64,000 nucleotides of DNA from Amoebidium appalachense (taxonomy: Eukaryota > Protista > Ichthyosporea), in assembly GCA_963693365.1 (NCBI GenBank), contig CAVNZM010000010.1:558001-622000 (forward strand). The letters run 5' to 3'. Below are positions 61,738-64,000 of this stretch, piece after piece. Under the pieces are notes generated by a model that saw nothing but the letters and a program-made list of their open reading frames with translations, searched no databases and was not told the origin of the DNA. The first letter of the stretch is position 1, and every line of letters begins with the position of its first letter. The position numbers were made by a program, and so were the translations under genes.

Positions 61738-62654
61738 GGAGTCAGGAAAGCCAATCATGTCGCGTGAATAATTGCCTTTTATCCGTCGGGGAAGTTTGCC
61801 GGTGCGGCACAATCCGTTTTGGGCCAGTTTAGGCCATATGTCAAAATAAAAAAAAACCTGCCTTTTTCATCTCCTCAAAAAACAGCCATATGATCGTTGT
61901 ATGTCATGCTGTTTAATGCTCATTTCCCTACACACGGTGACTTTTTCGAAGTTGGGCCCAGCCGGCATCATCTACATATGCATATTACGTGATAAGAGGA
62001 GTGCAAAGTTTCAAACCAAAACATCTATTCATAGAATAGTGATGATATATCACGGTGTACGATTTTGAATATATTGCGATGGATGCGCTGAATTTTATAT
62101 AACCTTCGTTCAAAATTCAACAAGATATAAGAATTTTTTCAGCCCACACAGTATTCTTGTTGAGCATTCTAGTTTTGACTCTTGCAGTTACCTGGTTCTT
62201 CATGCATGCGCCAAGAACCAGGTAACTGCAAGAGTCAAAACTAGAATGTTCAACACGCGCCAAGAATTGCTGCATTAGTTTACCCTCCTCTGGTGTCGGC
62301 GCGCTGTCTGGTTGGAAGCACCGTTTGATGCCATTCGCTGGGTTAAAGTGTGACATCAAACGAAACACTTTCGTTACCCAGTAAGTACTGTACTTTCCAA
62401 AGACGAGCTTTAGTTTCTTCGAAGGCCAAGGGAGATTATCGTTGCTTTAGAGCTTAGGTGTCTTGTAAGGTAGCGTAGTGGTTGTTAGGTTTTCTACCAC
62501 TGCGCCTAAGATTTCGTACGTGTTTACAGGCAGTCCCTTTGTTCCTTTTTTTTTGGTCCACTTCAACTTTCCAACCCACACCATGAACAAGCAATAACCC
62601 ACGCCACACGCCAAATTTTAACCCTTCCCTCCTAGCGAGGGGAAATACATTGCT

Positions 62655-62846
62655 ATGCTGGCGCAACCTTTAGCACGGCAGCTCACAGCGCCACAACAAT
62701 ATGCTGCCTCATCCTCACGTTCGGGTGCCCCCCTCCCAGCAATGGTGTGGGGCGGGGAAAGAGAAGACCACTGGTCTCTCGGCGTTCTTTCGGTTACAGA
62801 AGAGATGAATCGAAAGATCGAGGCTCTGGATCGCCTCGTTGAGCAG
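62655..62846 (+). CDS. Possible first exon of an unidentified gene
   Basis: Non-repetitive ORF ending ...EEMNRKIEALDRLVEQ followed by CAG|GTGGGT, a donor type also used in USO1. No homology recognised and downstream exons are uncertain. Confidence 0.25.
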
Positions 62847-63087
62847 GTGGGTGTCTTGAAAAATGACCTATGTGTTTTCTAGTTTTCCTTTTTTTTTGTG
62901 ATGGTTTTGACTTGTGTGCTTCTTTTTCATCCACTTCTTCCTGGGTAGGACATTATTGCTGCTTAACAACACACACACACGCACGCGCTCACACACACAC
63001 ACACACACGCTCACACTCCCAGAGTATACACACGCACGCGAGAATGCGCGGACTAGTGTGCACATACGGACACGCAAACAAGCGCAT

Positions 63088-63131
<44 letters not shown>

Positions 63132-64000
63132 GACCTACCAGTTTGTTTGTTTTTTTGCCCCGTATGCAGACTACCCAGGAATACACGAACACGCTCTGAC
63201 GTGCACAACACCACATACAGAAACAGGTGCAAACGGAAACACACATCCAACACCTACCAGGATATGTATACATGTCGGCACTCACTGCTGAGCACAACGA
63301 CACCGTATCACTTGGAACTCTTTTTGCTCTTGCGCACGACTGTACACTTCACGTGCATGCATAGCTTATGCACACACACTTGAGCATACACAGGCATACA
63401 GAACAGATGGGAATCGTCCACTCAATCTGAAAACGAGACTGCAGAGAGGCACATCTTGTGTATACAGAAAGTAGTTTTTTCTTTTTTTTTCATGGTGAGC
63501 ATTCACTCTCCAACATGCGCACACACAAAGACAATATCACGTGCGGCATAGCAGCACAGACAAACGCACGTCAGCACAAACGACGTCCCAACACACCCTT
63601 TACTAGCAGCACCTGCTTTTGCCCAGGATCTTTCAAAACATGTGCTCGTAGGGCAAAGGGCAGAAGACACGAATGTGAATTCGCGCACTGAAGAAGTGGG
63701 CAAGAATAGAGGGAAATGTGTAGAGCTGAGGGGCATGGGCAGTAACGGAATCACGGGGTAGGGGGGAGGGAGATTGGGGACGGGGGAGGGAGGGAGCAGC
63801 AGGGAGGGGGAGGGGAGGGGAGTTGGGCGGGGGGAGAGGGGGGGGGGGAGAAGAATAGAAGGATAAGGGGGGAGGGGGGGGGACTGCAAAGGTATTGTGC
63901 TAGTTTGGTTTTGACAACGCATCAGTCTCTCACTTATCGTGGTGATGGGTAGGCAAAGGGACTTCACGGGGATGAGAGGCGGCAGGCAGAGGGAAGCATA

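Overview
Eukaryotic genomic DNA saturated with poly-G/C tracts and (CA)n/(GA)n microsatellites, so most ORFs in the supplied track are repeat artefacts. The gene set and degenerate intron style suggest a unicellular holozoan such as an ichthyosporean, but this is inference only. Supported content: (1) an intronless Myc/Max/Mad-family bHLH-ZIP gene (488-1642, -); (2) three intronless, disrupted paralogues of an F-box + ankyrin-like protein (-, +, -); (3) between the first two paralogues, a 6-exon gene of about 1540 aa encoding a DUF6729-type DDE transposase-like protein with an intact DEDDy (WRN-type) 3'-5' exonuclease inserted inside its catalytic core; (4) a young 1169-bp copia-type TRIM with 433-bp LTRs that look identical, a 5-bp TSD and a half-tRNAi-Met PBS; (5) a 22-exon USO1/p115 gene (37672-57996, -) whose second intron holds a 5'-truncated Naiad/Chlamys-like Penelope RT inserted in poly-C, plus short repeats anchored on poly-C; (6) MITEs, tandem duplications and an 81-nt near-perfect hairpin. 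The exonuclease-bearing transposase locus and the poly-C-associated Penelope-like elements are the most novel signals. All gene models were spliced by eye and have no expression support.
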